Assembly (NCBI GenBank): GCA_963761335.1
Contig: CAVXGR010000016.1
Location: 224,001 to 288,000 of the forward strand
DNA length: 64,000 nucleotides
Direction of reading: 5' to 3'
Source of the DNA: an uncultured delta proteobacterium
GTDB lineage: Bacteria; Desulfobacterota; Binatia; HRBIN30; BPIQ01
Position numbers and translations under genes: made by a program. Of the stretch, positions 29,386 through 38,198 are shown in pieces (within the stretch, counting starts at the first letter, position 1; each line of letters begins with the position of its first letter). The notes under the pieces were generated by a model that saw only the letters and a program-made list of their open reading frames with translations, was not told the DNA's origin and searched no databases.

Positions 29386-29706
29386 ATGACGAGGCGAGAT
29401 CTCATCGAGGAGCTCGTTCGCATCTATCCCCGATTTTCCCGGCGGGACGCCGAGGTCATCGTCAAGGCGGTGTTTCAGAGCATGGCCGAGGCGCTGACCC
29501 GCGGTGAGCGCATCGAGATTCGCGGCTTCGGGAGCTTCGTGGTGAAGCAGCGCCAAGCGCGCGAGGGGCGCAACCCGAAGACCGGTCGCGTCGTCTCGGT
29601 GGCCGCCAAGCGCGTTCCCTTCTTCAAGGTCGGCAAGGAGCTGAAGATCCGCGTCGACGGCGGCGAACCGCCCCCGGAGGGGCAGCAGTTCGGTATCCGC
29701 ACTTGA
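29386..29706 (+). CDS. ihfB: integration host factor beta subunit
   Basis: RIEIRGFGSF, GRNPKTG, PFFKVGKELK; follows rpsA. Confidence 0.9.
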   Translation: MTRRDLIEELVRIYPRFSRRDAEVIVKAVFQSMAEALTRGERIEIRGFGSFVVKQRQAREGRNPKTGRVVSVAAKRVPFFKVGKELKIRVDGGEPPPEGQQFGIRT

Positions 29707-29725
29707 GGCGGCGGCTGCGCCTCGG

Positions 29726-30214
29726 ATGAAGGTCCTCTGGGCGCCATGGCGCATGGTCTACATCGCCGGGGGCGCCGAGAACGAGGGGTGCATCTTCTGC
29801 CCCGATGCCTCGATCGACCGGCGCCAGGCGCTCATCCTCGCCGAGCTGCCGGCGGCGATCGTCATGCTGAACCGCTTTCCCTATACCAGCGGTCATCTGC
29901 TCGTCGCCCCGCGCCGCCACGCCGGCGACCCGGCGCAGCTCTCCGCCGAAGAGTTCAGCGCCCTGGCCGGGGTTCTGCGCGATTCCATTCGCCAGATCGG
30001 TGAGGAGCTTGAGCCGCAGGGGATCAACGTCGGCATGAACCTCGGCCGCGCCGCCGGCGCCGGCATCGAGGACCACATTCACTGGCACGTCGTCCCGCGC
30101 TGGAACGGCGACACCAACTTCATGCCGGTCATGGCCGACGTCCGCGTCATCCCCGAGCACCTGGAAGCGACGTACGATCGCCTCCTGCCGCGGTTTAGGT
30201 TGTTGGGTTGTTAG
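29726..30214 (+). CDS. HIT-family hydrolase/phosphorylase
   Basis: LWAPWR, CIFC, HIHWH, VPRW. Confidence 0.9.
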   Translation: MKVLWAPWRMVYIAGGAENEGCIFCPDASIDRRQALILAELPAAIVMLNRFPYTSGHLLVAPRRHAGDPAQLSAEEFSALAGVLRDSIRQIGEELEPQGINVGMNLGRAAGAGIEDHIHWHVVPRWNGDTNFMPVMADVRVIPEHLEATYDRLLPRFRLLGC

Positions 30215-30376
30215 TTGTTAGGTTGTTGGGTTCTGAGCGCCGGTGGGTATAGGCGGCGACCCGGAGAATCCAGAAACCCACCAACAACCTAACAACCAAC
30301 AACCTAACAACCAACAACCTAACAACCAACAACCTAACAACCAACAACCAACAACCAACAACCAACAACCTAACAA
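30195..30376. repeat. inverted pair of CC(T)AACAA tandem repeats
   Basis: 30281-30376 = (CCAACAA CCTAACAA)x4, CCAACAAx4, CCTAACAA; complementary run 30195-30234. Confidence 0.9.
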
Positions 30377-30439
30377 CCTGCCTTCTCCGGGTTGCTGCGC
30401 CGGCGCCCCTTGTGGTGTACTGTGCCCCATGAGGTGCCT

Positions 30440-31837
30440 ATGGCGAGTCTGAACACTCTCGGCGACCTGCGGCGCAGCGACTACCGGGTGCGGCCCGTGC
30501 GCGAGGAGATGCGCGCCAACCTCCTCGCCAAGCTCGCCGGCGCCGAGCGCATCCTCCCGGGGATCATCGGCTACGATGAGACCGTCATTCCCGAGATCGA
30601 GAACGCCATCCTCGCCGGGCACCACATCGTCTTTCTGGGCGAGCGCGGACAGGCGAAGTCGCGCATCATTCGCGGCCTCGTCTCCCTGCTCGACGAGAAG
30701 GTGCCGATCGTTGCCGGCTGCGAGATCAACGACAACCCCTTCGCCCCCATCTGCCGCGAGTGCCAGCGGCGGGCGGCGGAGATGGGCGACGCCCTGCCCG
30801 TCGAATGGATCGAGCGCGACAGCCGCTACGCCGAGAAGCTGGCCACCCCGGACGTTTCCATCGCCGACCTGATCGGCGAGATCGATCCGATCAAGGTCGC
30901 CGAGGGCCGTTACCTGGCCAACGAGGAGACCATCCACTACGGTCTCATCCCGCGCACCAACCGCGGCATCTTCGCCATCAACGAGCTTCCCGATCTGACC
31001 GAGAAGGTGCAGGTGGGGCTCTTCAATTTGATGGAGGAGAAGGACGTCCAGATCAAGGGCTACAAGATCCGCCTGCCGCTCGACACCGTCTTCGTCGCCA
31101 GCGCCAACCCCGAGGACTACACCAGCCGCGGGCGCATCATCACGCCGCTCAAGGACCGCTTCGACGTGCAGATCCGCACCCATTACCCGCGCGACCTGGA
31201 GCACGAGATCGCCATCATGGAGCAGGAGGCGGCGAGCTTCGAGCGCTCCGACCGCGTCGTCGGCATACCCTCCTTCATGCGCGAGATCGTCGCCCAGCTC
31301 ACCCTCGAGGCGCGCGACTGCGCCGAGATCAATCAGTCCTCCGGCGTCAGCGTGCGCATGACCATCAACAATCTGGAGAGCCTGCTGAGCAACGCCGAAA
31401 AGCGCGCCGTGCGCCTCAATGAGACCGAGATCGTGCCGCGGCCGAGCGACCTGCACGCACTCCTGGCTTCGAGCGCCGGCAAGATCGAGCTGGAGTACTC
31501 CGGCGAGGACAAGAAGGAGGGCGAGCTGATCGATCGGCTGGTGAACCGCTCGGTGCTCAAGGTCTTCGACAAGTACTTCAAGGTCGAGCAGCTGGCGCCG
31601 GTGGTCCAGTACTTCGAGAACGGCTGGGGCATGGAGGTGTCGGACCACATGCGCGCCGAGGAGTACCTCGACGGGGTGCGCGCCATTCCCGGCCTGCGCG
31701 ACTCCCTGATGGTGCTCGGCGGCATCGAGAGCCCCGGCTTCATTGCCGCCGCCACCGAGTTCGTCCTCGAGGGCCTGCACCTGCACCAGAAGCTCAACAA
31801 GGAACAGGAGGGCGGCCGCTACACCTACCGCTCCTGA
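30440..31837 (+). CDS. AAA+ ATPase, Mg-chelatase/MoxR-related
   Basis: Walker A variant GERGQAKS, FAINELPDL, SANPEDYT, DRF; adjacent VWA gene. Confidence 0.85.
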   Translation: MASLNTLGDLRRSDYRVRPVREEMRANLLAKLAGAERILPGIIGYDETVIPEIENAILAGHHIVFLGERGQAKSRIIRGLVSLLDEKVPIVAGCEINDNPFAPICRECQRRAAEMGDALPVEWIERDSRYAEKLATPDVSIADLIGEIDPIKVAEGRYLANEETIHYGLIPRTNRGIFAINELPDLTEKVQVGLFNLMEEKDVQIKGYKIRLPLDTVFVASANPEDYTSRGRIITPLKDRFDVQIRTHYPRDLEHEIAIMEQEAASFERSDRVVGIPSFMREIVAQLTLEARDCAEINQSSGVSVRMTINNLESLLSNAEKRAVRLNETEIVPRPSDLHALLASSAGKIELEYSGEDKKEGELIDRLVNRSVLKVFDKYFKVEQLAPVVQYFENGWGMEVSDHMRAEEYLDGVRAIPGLRDSLMVLGGIESPGFIAAATEFVLEGLHLHQKLNKEQEGGRYTYRS

Positions 31838-31852
31838 CCGGGCGCCCGTTCG

Positions 31853-33445
31853 ATGGTCACCATCCGCTACGTCGCCTGGGATGGCACCCAGCGCGTCCGC
31901 CTCACCGCGGACCAGGTGCTCGAGAAATTGAGCGAGTACCTGTCCTACACCGACGACGTGCAGCAGGCGATCGACTGGCTGCTGCGCCAGGGCCTCGACT
32001 GGGAGAATGCCCAGGTGATGGGGCTCGACGATCTCCTCGATGCGGTGCGCGAGCAGATGCGCGAGCGCTACCGGCAGTACAACCTGAACGACGCCCTCGA
32101 CGATATCTCGCGTCGCCTCGACGAGCTCCTCGATCTGGAGCGCGACACCCTCGGCGAGGAGCGGGAGAGCCGCAGCGACACGCAGAGCCGCCTCGACTTT
32201 CTCGACGGCCTGCCGCGCCGGCTGTCGGAGGCGCTCGAGCGCCTGAAGAGCTACGACTTCGCCGATGCGCAGGCCCGGCAGGAGTTCGAGAACCTCCTCG
32301 AGGAGCTGGAGAACATCCGCGACCTGGAGGACTTCCAGCGGCAGTTCGGCGACCTCTTCCACGGACCCGAGTCGCTCGGCTACGCCCAGGCCCTCGAGCT
32401 GATGCGCGAGATGCAGCTCCTCAAGCAGCTCGAGGAGCAGCTCTTCGGCGGCGACCTCGAGCGCGTCGACATGGAGCAGCTGGGCCGCATTCTCGGCGAC
32501 CGCGCCCTGCAGGATTTCCAGACGCTGCGCGAGATGATGGGCATGCTCGCCAAGGCGGGCTACGTCACCACCCGCGACCGGCGCTTCCAGCTGTCGCCCA
32601 AGGGCGTGCGCAAGATCGGCCAGCTGGCGCTGCGCGACATCTACCAGGGGCTGCTGCGCGACCGCGCCGGCGGGCACCGCGTCGATCACCGCGGCATCGC
32701 CGAGCAGAAGCCGGACGAGACGCGGCCGTACCAGTACGGCGACTCCACGCCTCTCGATCTGGTGGCGACGCTCAAGAAGGCGCTGCGCCGCCAACCGTCG
32801 GTGCCGCTGCAGCTGGCGCCGGAAGACTTCGAGGTGCTCGACGCCAACTACTCGACCACCACCTCGACGGTGCTGCTGCTCGACATGAGCTGGTCGATGA
32901 GCTGGGAGGGGCGCTTCGCCGCCGCCAAGAAGGTGGCGCTGGCGATGGAGAGCCTCATCCGCTCGCGCTATCCCCGCGACTACTTCGCCATCGTCGGCTT
33001 CTTCACCCGCGCCGTCGAGCTCAAGGTGCGCGACCTGCCGGAGGCCAGCTGGAACATGGGCGACCCGTTCACCAACCTGCAGGACGGCCTGCGCCTCGCC
33101 TCCAGCCTGCTCGACCGCCACCCGAGCCAGAACCGCCACGTCATCGTGGTCACCGACGGCCAGCCCACCGCCTACTTCTCGCGCGGCCGCCTGTACTGCG
33201 AGTGGCCGCTCTCCTTCGGCGGCATCAGCATGCGCGCCGCCCGCGAGACGCTCAAGGAGGTCGAGCGCGTCACCCGCCGTGGCACCGTGATCAACACCTT
33301 CATGCTCGACGACAGCCCCAGCCTGCGCGCCTTCGTCGAGCAGATGACCCGCATCAACAAGGGCCGCGCCTTCTACACCCGCCCCGACCGCCTCGGCGAG
33401 TACCTGCTGGTCGACTACATCAGCCGCAAGCGCAAGAAGGTGTAG
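31853..33445 (+). CDS. VWA domain-containing protein
   Basis: MIDAS DMSWS, TNLQ, VTDGQP. Confidence 0.85.
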   Translation: MVTIRYVAWDGTQRVRLTADQVLEKLSEYLSYTDDVQQAIDWLLRQGLDWENAQVMGLDDLLDAVREQMRERYRQYNLNDALDDISRRLDELLDLERDTLGEERESRSDTQSRLDFLDGLPRRLSEALERLKSYDFADAQARQEFENLLEELENIRDLEDFQRQFGDLFHGPESLGYAQALELMREMQLLKQLEEQLFGGDLERVDMEQLGRILGDRALQDFQTLREMMGMLAKAGYVTTRDRRFQLSPKGVRKIGQLALRDIYQGLLRDRAGGHRVDHRGIAEQKPDETRPYQYGDSTPLDLVATLKKALRRQPSVPLQLAPEDFEVLDANYSTTTSTVLLLDMSWSMSWEGRFAAAKKVALAMESLIRSRYPRDYFAIVGFFTRAVELKVRDLPEASWNMGDPFTNLQDGLRLASSLLDRHPSQNRHVIVVTDGQPTAYFSRGRLYCEWPLSFGGISMRAARETLKEVERVTRRGTVINTFMLDDSPSLRAFVEQMTRINKGRAFYTRPDRLGEYLLVDYISRKRKKV

Positions 33446-33517
33446 GGGCGAGAGGGCGAGGATCCGGGAGGGCGAGGCTTCTGTCGAGCCACGTCCGGGG
33501 TGGCTCAGGGCGAGGGC

Positions 33518-33669
33518 TCAGAGAAATGTAAAATGTAAGATGAAGAACCGGTGACCGGGGATGAAAGACCGGAAATACTTCGGAAGCCGGCGCCTTGACG
33601 ACGGTGTCCTTCGAATCATCACCGGTTCTCCATCCCCGGTCACCGGTTCTTCATTTTACATTTCTCTGA
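33518..33669. repeat. family A palindromic element
   Basis: TCAGAGAAATGTAAAATG...GAAGAACCGGTGACCGGGGATG and its inverted copy. Confidence 0.8.
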
Positions 33670-33747
33670 TTGCCCAAGTCGGTCCGCGCTCCCAGGCTTG
33701 CTCCGTAGCGGCCTTCTGAGGCACAACCCTCTTTTTCGGTTCACTTC

Positions 33748-36348
33748 ATGAAGCTCACCCCGATGCTGCAGCAGTACATGCGGATGAAGTCCGAGTATCC
33801 GGATGCGCTGCTGTTCTTTCGCCTGGGCGACTTTTACGAGCTCTTCTTCGAGGACGCCAAGCGGGCGGCGCAGATGCTCGACCTGACCTTGACCTCGCGC
33901 AGCAAGAAGGACGAGCATCAGGTGCCGATGTGTGGCGTGCCCTACCACTCCGCACAGCCGTACATCTCGCGGCTGCTGGCCGCCGGCATGAAGGTCGCCG
34001 TCTGCGAGCAGATGGAGGACCCGGCCTCGGCGAAGGGCCTGGTGGCGCGCGACATCGTGCGCGTCCTCACCCCGGGGACAGTCACCGAGGAGGAGTGCCT
34101 GGACCCGCGACGGCCGAACTACCTGGCGGCGCTCGATCGCGACGGCGGCGGCTACGAGCTGGCGGTCGCCGATCTGTCCACCGGCGAGACTGCGGTCATC
34201 GGCGTCGACGACGAGGAGCAGCTCGCCGACGAGCTCTGCCGCTTCGCCCCCGCCGAGGTGCTGACCCCGGCTGGCGAGGCGTCTCTCGAGGAGTGTGTTC
34301 GCCGGCACGTGTCGACCGTCCTCAGCCCCGTCGAGCGCCAGCACTTCAGCGCCGCCGAGGCGGAGACCTGGCGGTGCGAGCAGTCGGGGAACGGCGCCGC
34401 GCCGCCGCCGGTGCGGCCCACCTTCGGAGCGCTGCTCTGGTATCTGGGGCGTACCCATCGCGCCGGCGTGAGCCACCTGCGGCCGCCGCCGAGCGAGCGC
34501 CGCGCCGCGCGCCTGGTGATCGACGAGACCACGCAGCGCAACCTCGAGCTGCTGGCCACCACCCGCGGCGAGCGGCGCGGCTCCCTGCTCTGGGCGTTGG
34601 ACGCCACCAGCACCCCGATGGGAGGTCGCCTGCTGCGCCGCTGGATGCTGTCGCCGCTCACCGACCTGACGCGCATCGGCGAGCGGCTCGATGCCGTCGA
34701 GGCGCTGCTGCAGAACCCGAGCTGGCGGGCCGAGCTCCGCGACGAGCTGCAGCCGATCGGCGATCTCGAGCGGCTCGGCGCGCGGCTCGCCAGCGGCCGG
34801 GTGACGCCGCGCGACCTGGTCGGGCTGGCGGCGGCGCTGGCGCGCGTGGAGCGCCTCCAGGCCCTCCTCGGCGCCGTGCCCACGGGAGTCGGCGCCGAGC
34901 GCCGCAGCCTCTTCTCCGCCTGTGCCGCGGCTCTCGATCCGCTGCCCGATGTCCGCGAGCTGATCGGCCGCGCCATCGCCGACGACCCGCCGCTCGCCTC
35001 GCGCGGCGGCGGCGTGGTGCGCACCGGCTATCACGCCGACGTCGACGAGCTGCGCCGCCTGGCCCACTCGGGCAAGAGCGGCATCAGTGCGCTGGAGGCG
35101 GCGGAGCGCAAGCGCACCGGCATCAACTCACTCAAGGTGCGCTTCAATCAGGTGTTCGGCTATTACATCGAGGTCACCAAGTCGAACCTGCACCTGGTGC
35201 CGGAGGACTATCGCCGCAAGCAGACGCTGGCCGGCGCCGAGCGCTTCGTCACCCCGGCGCTGGAAGAGTACGAGCGCAAGGTGCTGGGTGCCGAGGACCG
35301 CCTGCACGCGCTCGAGCAGCAGCTGTTCGCCGAGGTCGTCGAGCGCGCCGCCTCTCGCCAGCAGGCGCTCACCGAGACGGCGGCGGCGCTGGCCCAGCTC
35401 GATGCGCTGATCTCCTTTGCCACAGTCGCCGAGAGACGTCGCTACGCGCGCCCGCGGCTGACGCGTGAGCACGGCATCGACATTCGCGATGGCCGCCACC
35501 CGGTCGTCGAGGCGGTCATCGAGACCGGCGGCTTCGTGCCCAACGACTGCCGCCTCGATCCGGAGGGGCCGCAGATGGTGGTGCTCACCGGACCGAACAT
35601 GGCCGGCAAGTCGACCTACCTGCGGCAGGTGGCGCTGGGCGTGCTGATGGCGCAGATGGGGTCGTTCGTCCCGGCGACGCAGGCCGACATCGGGATCGTC
35701 GACCGCATCTTCACGCGCGTCGGCGCCGCCGACAACCTCGCCGGCGGCGAGTCGACGTTCATGGTGGAGATGCGCGAGACGGCGCATATCCTCTCGCATC
35801 TGACCGAGCGCAGCCTGGTGATTCTCGACGAGATCGGCCGCGGCACCAGCACCTTCGACGGCATCTCCATCGCCTGGGCGGTTGCCGAGTACCTTCATGA
35901 CCAAGCGCCGGGGCGGCCGCTGGTGCTCTTCGCCACCCACTATCACGAGCTCACCGACCTCTCGCGCACCAAGCCGCGGGTCGCCAACGCCTCGGTCGCC
36001 GTACGTGAGTGGAAGGGCGAGGTGGTCTTTCTGCGCCGCATTGTCGAGGGACCGGCCAGCCGAAGCTACGGCATCGAGGTCGCCGATCTCGCCGGAGTGC
36101 CCGCTGCGGTGATCACCCGTGCCAAGGAGATCCTCCACAACCTCGAGAACGGCGAGCTCAACGACGCCGGGCAGCCGCGCCTGGCGCAGCGCCGGCAGGC
36201 GCCGGCGGAGGCGCAGCTCGGTCTCTTCGCGCCCGCCGACGACAAGCTGCGCGCCGCCCTTGCCGCCATCGACGTGGCCCGCATGACACCACTCGAGGCC
36301 TTGCTGCGCCTCAACGAGCTGGTCGAGGAAGCCCGCCGCCGCGACTAG
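33748..36348 (+). CDS. mutS: DNA mismatch repair protein MutS
   Basis: TPMLQQY, GDFYELF, TGPNMAGKST, STFMVE, DEIGRGT. Confidence 0.97.
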   Translation: MKLTPMLQQYMRMKSEYPDALLFFRLGDFYELFFEDAKRAAQMLDLTLTSRSKKDEHQVPMCGVPYHSAQPYISRLLAAGMKVAVCEQMEDPASAKGLVARDIVRVLTPGTVTEEECLDPRRPNYLAALDRDGGGYELAVADLSTGETAVIGVDDEEQLADELCRFAPAEVLTPAGEASLEECVRRHVSTVLSPVERQHFSAAEAETWRCEQSGNGAAPPPVRPTFGALLWYLGRTHRAGVSHLRPPPSERRAARLVIDETTQRNLELLATTRGERRGSLLWALDATSTPMGGRLLRRWMLSPLTDLTRIGERLDAVEALLQNPSWRAELRDELQPIGDLERLGARLASGRVTPRDLVGLAAALARVERLQALLGAVPTGVGAERRSLFSACAAALDPLPDVRELIGRAIADDPPLASRGGGVVRTGYHADVDELRRLAHSGKSGISALEAAERKRTGINSLKVRFNQVFGYYIEVTKSNLHLVPEDYRRKQTLAGAERFVTPALEEYERKVLGAEDRLHALEQQLFAEVVERAASRQQALTETAAALAQLDALISFATVAERRRYARPRLTREHGIDIRDGRHPVVEAVIETGGFVPNDCRLDPEGPQMVVLTGPNMAGKSTYLRQVALGVLMAQMGSFVPATQADIGIVDRIFTRVGAADNLAGGESTFMVEMRETAHILSHLTERSLVILDEIGRGTSTFDGISIAWAVAEYLHDQAPGRPLVLFATHYHELTDLSRTKPRVANASVAVREWKGEVVFLRRIVEGPASRSYGIEVADLAGVPAAVITRAKEILHNLENGELNDAGQPRLAQRRQAPAEAQLGLFAPADDKLRAALAAIDVARMTPLEALLRLNELVEEARRRD

Positions 36349-36780
36349 GAGCGCGGCCATCCTGGCCGCTTCTGAGTGGCTCGGTGGCTCGGTTCTTCAG
36401 TGGCTCAGTGGCAGGGTGCGGGCCCCTCACCTTCGGTCAGCCGGTTCTCCATCACCGGTGACCGGTTTTTCATTTTAACATTTTCTTTTTCTCCCCCTCT
36501 CGGCACCGGGGGACGGGCGCGCTCCGAGGGGGAGATGCCACGACCGGGCAGGAACGCAAAGGCGCCAAGGCGCAAAGCCGCCTCATCCATAGCCCGGACT
36601 GGGGGTGGTTTTTCGATCTGGCACCGATCGCAGCGATCTTCCGGCGTACGACCGTCCGTCCGCAGGGGCCGCGGTTCGCAACACCCCAGGCTTTTGAATG
36701 TCGCCCCTTTGGGCTCAAGAGGTCGCGACAGAAACCCGGCAACCCCGGGAACTCGCCAACCCGGAAGCCCGGGAACCCGT
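36347..36780. repeat. mosaic of REP-like and tandem repeats (families A, C, F half-copies; GTGGCTCA and AACCCGGG-like octamers)
   Basis: GGAGCGCGGCCATCCTGGCC (also at about 7434); family A arm 36438-36485; GCAAAG run about 36551. Confidence 0.6.
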
Positions 36781-36833
36781 AAACGGCGAAGCCTTCAGCC
36801 GCACCGCGACCGGTGCTATGCTCCGCCGCGGTG

Positions 36834-38198
36834 ATGAGGCGAGCTGGGGTGGCGGTCGCCGCAGCCGTCGGGCTGGCGGCGGCGGTAGCATGCGGTGCAG
36901 CTGCAAGCGCAGCCGCGCCTCCGGAGCTGCAGTCGGTGCGCACCCTGTGGTCGAAGGCATCGACGCGGCTCATCATCCAATGCTCCGGCCCGACCGCGTA
37001 TCGACTGCGGCGTGCCGCCGGCAACCCGCCGCAGATTACCCTCGATCTCCCCGAGGCGCGCCTGCCTCCCGGCGGCTTCAAGCCTCTCGCCATGGAGCAG
37101 GGGCCGGTGCGGCTCATCCAGGCGGTGCGCACCGGTCAGGGGGTCCGGCTGCTGCTCGAGACGCGGCAGGAGTCCTCGGCCTCGGTCTTTCCGCTCCTCG
37201 ACCCCTATCGGCTGATCCTCGACGTCAACGACGAGTCGCGGCCCCGCCGCGCTGCGGCTCCGCCGGCAGAGGCTCGGCGCCAGCGGCGCGTGCCGACCTC
37301 GGTTGCCCTGGCGGGCGCCCCGGCGCCGCCGCCGGCGGCGTCCCCAGCCGTGGCCGCAACAATCTCGGTTGCGGCCGAGACCCCGCGTCCGCCGGCGCCA
37401 CCCATCTCGGTGGCGCTGGCGGCGACGCCGACGGCAGTGCCGGCGACGGCGCGGCCGACCCCGACCCCGGCGCCGGAGGCTGCCCCGCATCCGCGCCGCC
37501 GCGTTCGCGTGGTCATCGATCCCGGTCACGGCGGCAAGGATCCCGGGGCTCCGGGGGGCGACGGTATCTGGGAGAAAGACGTGGTTCTCGCCGTTGGCCG
37601 TCGCCTGGCGGACAAGCTGCGCGCCACCGGCGAGTTCGACGTGGCGATGACCCGTGATAGTGACGTGTTCCTGGCGCTGGAAGAACGCACCGCCTTCGCC
37701 AATGCCCACGATGCCGACCTGTTCATCTCCATTCACTGCAACGCCAGCCCGAATCGGCACACCGCGGGAATGGAGACCTACTATCTCAACAACACCAATG
37801 ACCGCGGCACGCTGCGCCTGGCGCGCATGGAGAACGGCTTCGCCGCGGCGACCGGCCGGCGCGCCGATGGCACCGACGTGACCTTCATCCTCAGCGATCT
37901 GGTGCAGAGCTACAAGGTCGACGAGTCCGTCGAGCTGGCGCACGCGCTGCAGAGCGCCGCGGTGGAGAGCGTGCATCGCGATTTTCCCTCCCTGCGCGAC
38001 ATCGGCGTGAAGAAGGGGCCGTTCTACGTCCTGGTCGGCGCCGCCATGCCCAGCGTCTTGGTGGAGACCTCGTTTCTCACCAACCCGCGCGAGGGCGCCC
38101 TGTTGGCCACCAAAGCCTACCAGGAACGGATCGCCGAGGGGCTCTTGCGCGGGCTGCAGCGATTCGTTGAGAATAGCCGGGACGCGCGGACCCTATGA
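36834..38198 (+). CDS. amiC: N-acetylmuramoyl-L-alanine amidase with AMIN domain
   Basis: signal peptide, Pro/Ala linker, DPGHGG, EKD, SIHCN, VLVE. Confidence 0.85.
   Translation: MRRAGVAVAAAVGLAAAVACGAAASAAAPPELQSVRTLWSKASTRLIIQCSGPTAYRLRRAAGNPPQITLDLPEARLPPGGFKPLAMEQGPVRLIQAVRTGQGVRLLLETRQESSASVFPLLDPYRLILDVNDESRPRRAAAPPAEARRQRRVPTSVALAGAPAPPPAASPAVAATISVAAETPRPPAPPISVALAATPTAVPATARPTPTPAPEAAPHPRRRVRVVIDPGHGGKDPGAPGGDGIWEKDVVLAVGRRLADKLRATGEFDVAMTRDSDVFLALEERTAFANAHDADLFISIHCNASPNRHTAGMETYYLNNTNDRGTLRLARMENGFAAATGRRADGTDVTFILSDLVQSYKVDESVELAHALQSAAVESVHRDFPSLRDIGVKKGPFYVLVGAAMPSVLVETSFLTNPREGALLATKAYQERIAEGLLRGLQRFVENSRDARTL

Noticed and set aside
30281..30376. Possible CRISPR array (also 44570-44649 and 7701-7740)
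   Set aside because: 7-8 bp units with no unique spacers, and no cas genes
30243..30452. Asn/Gln-rich 69-aa ORF
   Set aside because: Simply the translation of the tandem repeat
30218..33139. 973-aa minus-strand ORF, and similar long antisense ORFs (13040-15046, 27500-29086, 38228-40993, 55154-58738, 62352-63995)
   Set aside because: Shadow frames of well-supported plus-strand genes in high-GC DNA; no recognisable motifs
30440..33445. AAA+/VWA pair with odd Walker motifs as a novel or defence system
   Set aside because: GERGQAKS and INELPDL are, from memory, normal for this widespread chelatase-like ATPase/VWA family
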